Source: Octopus bimaculoides (lineage: Eukaryota). From it: a stretch of DNA of 64,000 nt. The notes under the pieces are model-generated. The model made no database searches. It was given only the letters and a program-made list of their open reading frames with translations, and was not told where the DNA came from. The DNA is taken from the NCBI RefSeq assembly GCF_001194135.2, contig NC_068981.1, positions 19,145,150 through 19,209,149 of the forward strand, given 5' to 3'. The position numbers and the translations under genes are program-made. Of this stretch, positions 63,971 to 64,000 are shown in pieces (positions within the stretch are counted from its first letter, which is position 1; each line of letters starts with the position of its first letter).

Positions 63971-64000
63971 CCCAGCTATTTCTACCAGATAATCAACCAT

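Overview
AT-rich, microsatellite-saturated eukaryotic DNA with many N gaps and no recognisable host gene. The repeat content resembles coleoid cephalopod (Octopus-like) DNA; this is inferred from remembered repeat families, not checked. The window is mostly transposon remnants: several tRNA-derived SINE families, RTE, R4/Dong and Tx1-like LINE fragments, Tc1/mariner/maT DNA transposons and MITEs, and many Penelope-like element (PLE) pieces (RT, GIY-YIG endonuclease, terminal repeats). The most notable signals are hammerhead ribozyme (HHR) motifs. (1) A ~580 bp fold-back element at 58.3-58.8 kb has an HHR in each 134-bp inverted arm and a tRNA-like Pol III head between the arms. (2) A three-copy family of minimal HHRs shares a non-canonical U at core position 6; one copy lies downstream of a PLE ORF. 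Two further HHR-like motifs and a 145-nt near-perfect hairpin were also seen. Almost all ORFs in the supplied track are artefacts of microsatellites or N runs. Alignments and translations were done by eye, so boundaries are approximate.
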